Source: Hypanus sabinus
Lineage: Eukaryota
NCBI RefSeq assembly: GCF_030144855.1
Contig: NC_082714.1
Coordinates: 93,930,001-93,994,000, forward strand
Direction of reading: 5' to 3'
DNA: 64,000 nt
In this document: positions 63,938-64,000 of the stretch, one piece after another
How the letters are laid out: each line of letters opens with the position of its first letter
Position numbering within the stretch: position 1 is the stretch's first letter
Position numbers and translations under genes: made by a program
The notes under the pieces: model-generated
Told to the model about the DNA's origin: nothing
Databases searched by the model: none
Seen by the model: the letters and a program-made list of their open reading frames with translations, nothing else

Positions 63938-64000
63938 TCATCTGCGGGGTGAGGATGATGCAGCGAACTCGAGAGAGGCGTAAAGGATCGGCGCGTGGGA
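63938..64000 (-). CDS. Gene 3: terminal coding exon with an ITIM (SHAPILYASLEFAASSSPRR*); the rest of the gene lies beyond the window
   Basis: ILYASL fits (I/V/L/S)xYxx(L/V). The paralogous exon at 19694-19726 starts at the equivalent base after an AG. Minus-strand ATTAAA at 63671-63676. Confidence 0.65.
   Translation of the reverse strand, partial: SHAPILYASLEFAASSSPRR

Noticed and set aside
1-64000. CRISPR arrays, rRNA or tRNA genes
   Set aside because: None seen; the only tRNA-related match is the retroelement PBS.

Overview
Vertebrate genomic DNA, most likely a cartilaginous fish (inferred from the CR1, L1-clade, Rex-Babar and Penelope repeat mix and the TCR-like gene). It is repeat-rich and has two assembly gaps (20047-20191, 55411-55544). 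Bases 1-19.5 kb are a nested retroelement stack. An L1-clade LINE is split by a sushi-type chromovirus, which carries a Gmr1-like Gypsy element in its 5' LTR, and by a solo LTR that carries an RT-less Rex-Babar LINE. The main biological signal is a small cluster of immune-type receptor genes. Gene 1 (+, 32348-45575) is a frame-consistent six-exon model: leader, germline-joined VJ, C1, TM and two cytoplasmic exons ending in IYAQL (290 aa, no RSS found). It looks like a non-rearranging TCR-like receptor with an inhibitory-type tail. Gene 2 (+) is a paralog seen through its TM exon (56761-56877), a 59-nt cytoplasmic exon (57287-57345) and a promoter motif shared with gene 1. Two paralogous minus-strand terminal exons complete the cluster: one with an intact ITIM (ILYASL, 63938-64000) and one that has lost the tyrosine (ILHASL*, 19694-19726) and carries the whole retroelement stack in its 3' UTR. 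All gene models are read by eye from splice signals and have no transcript support.
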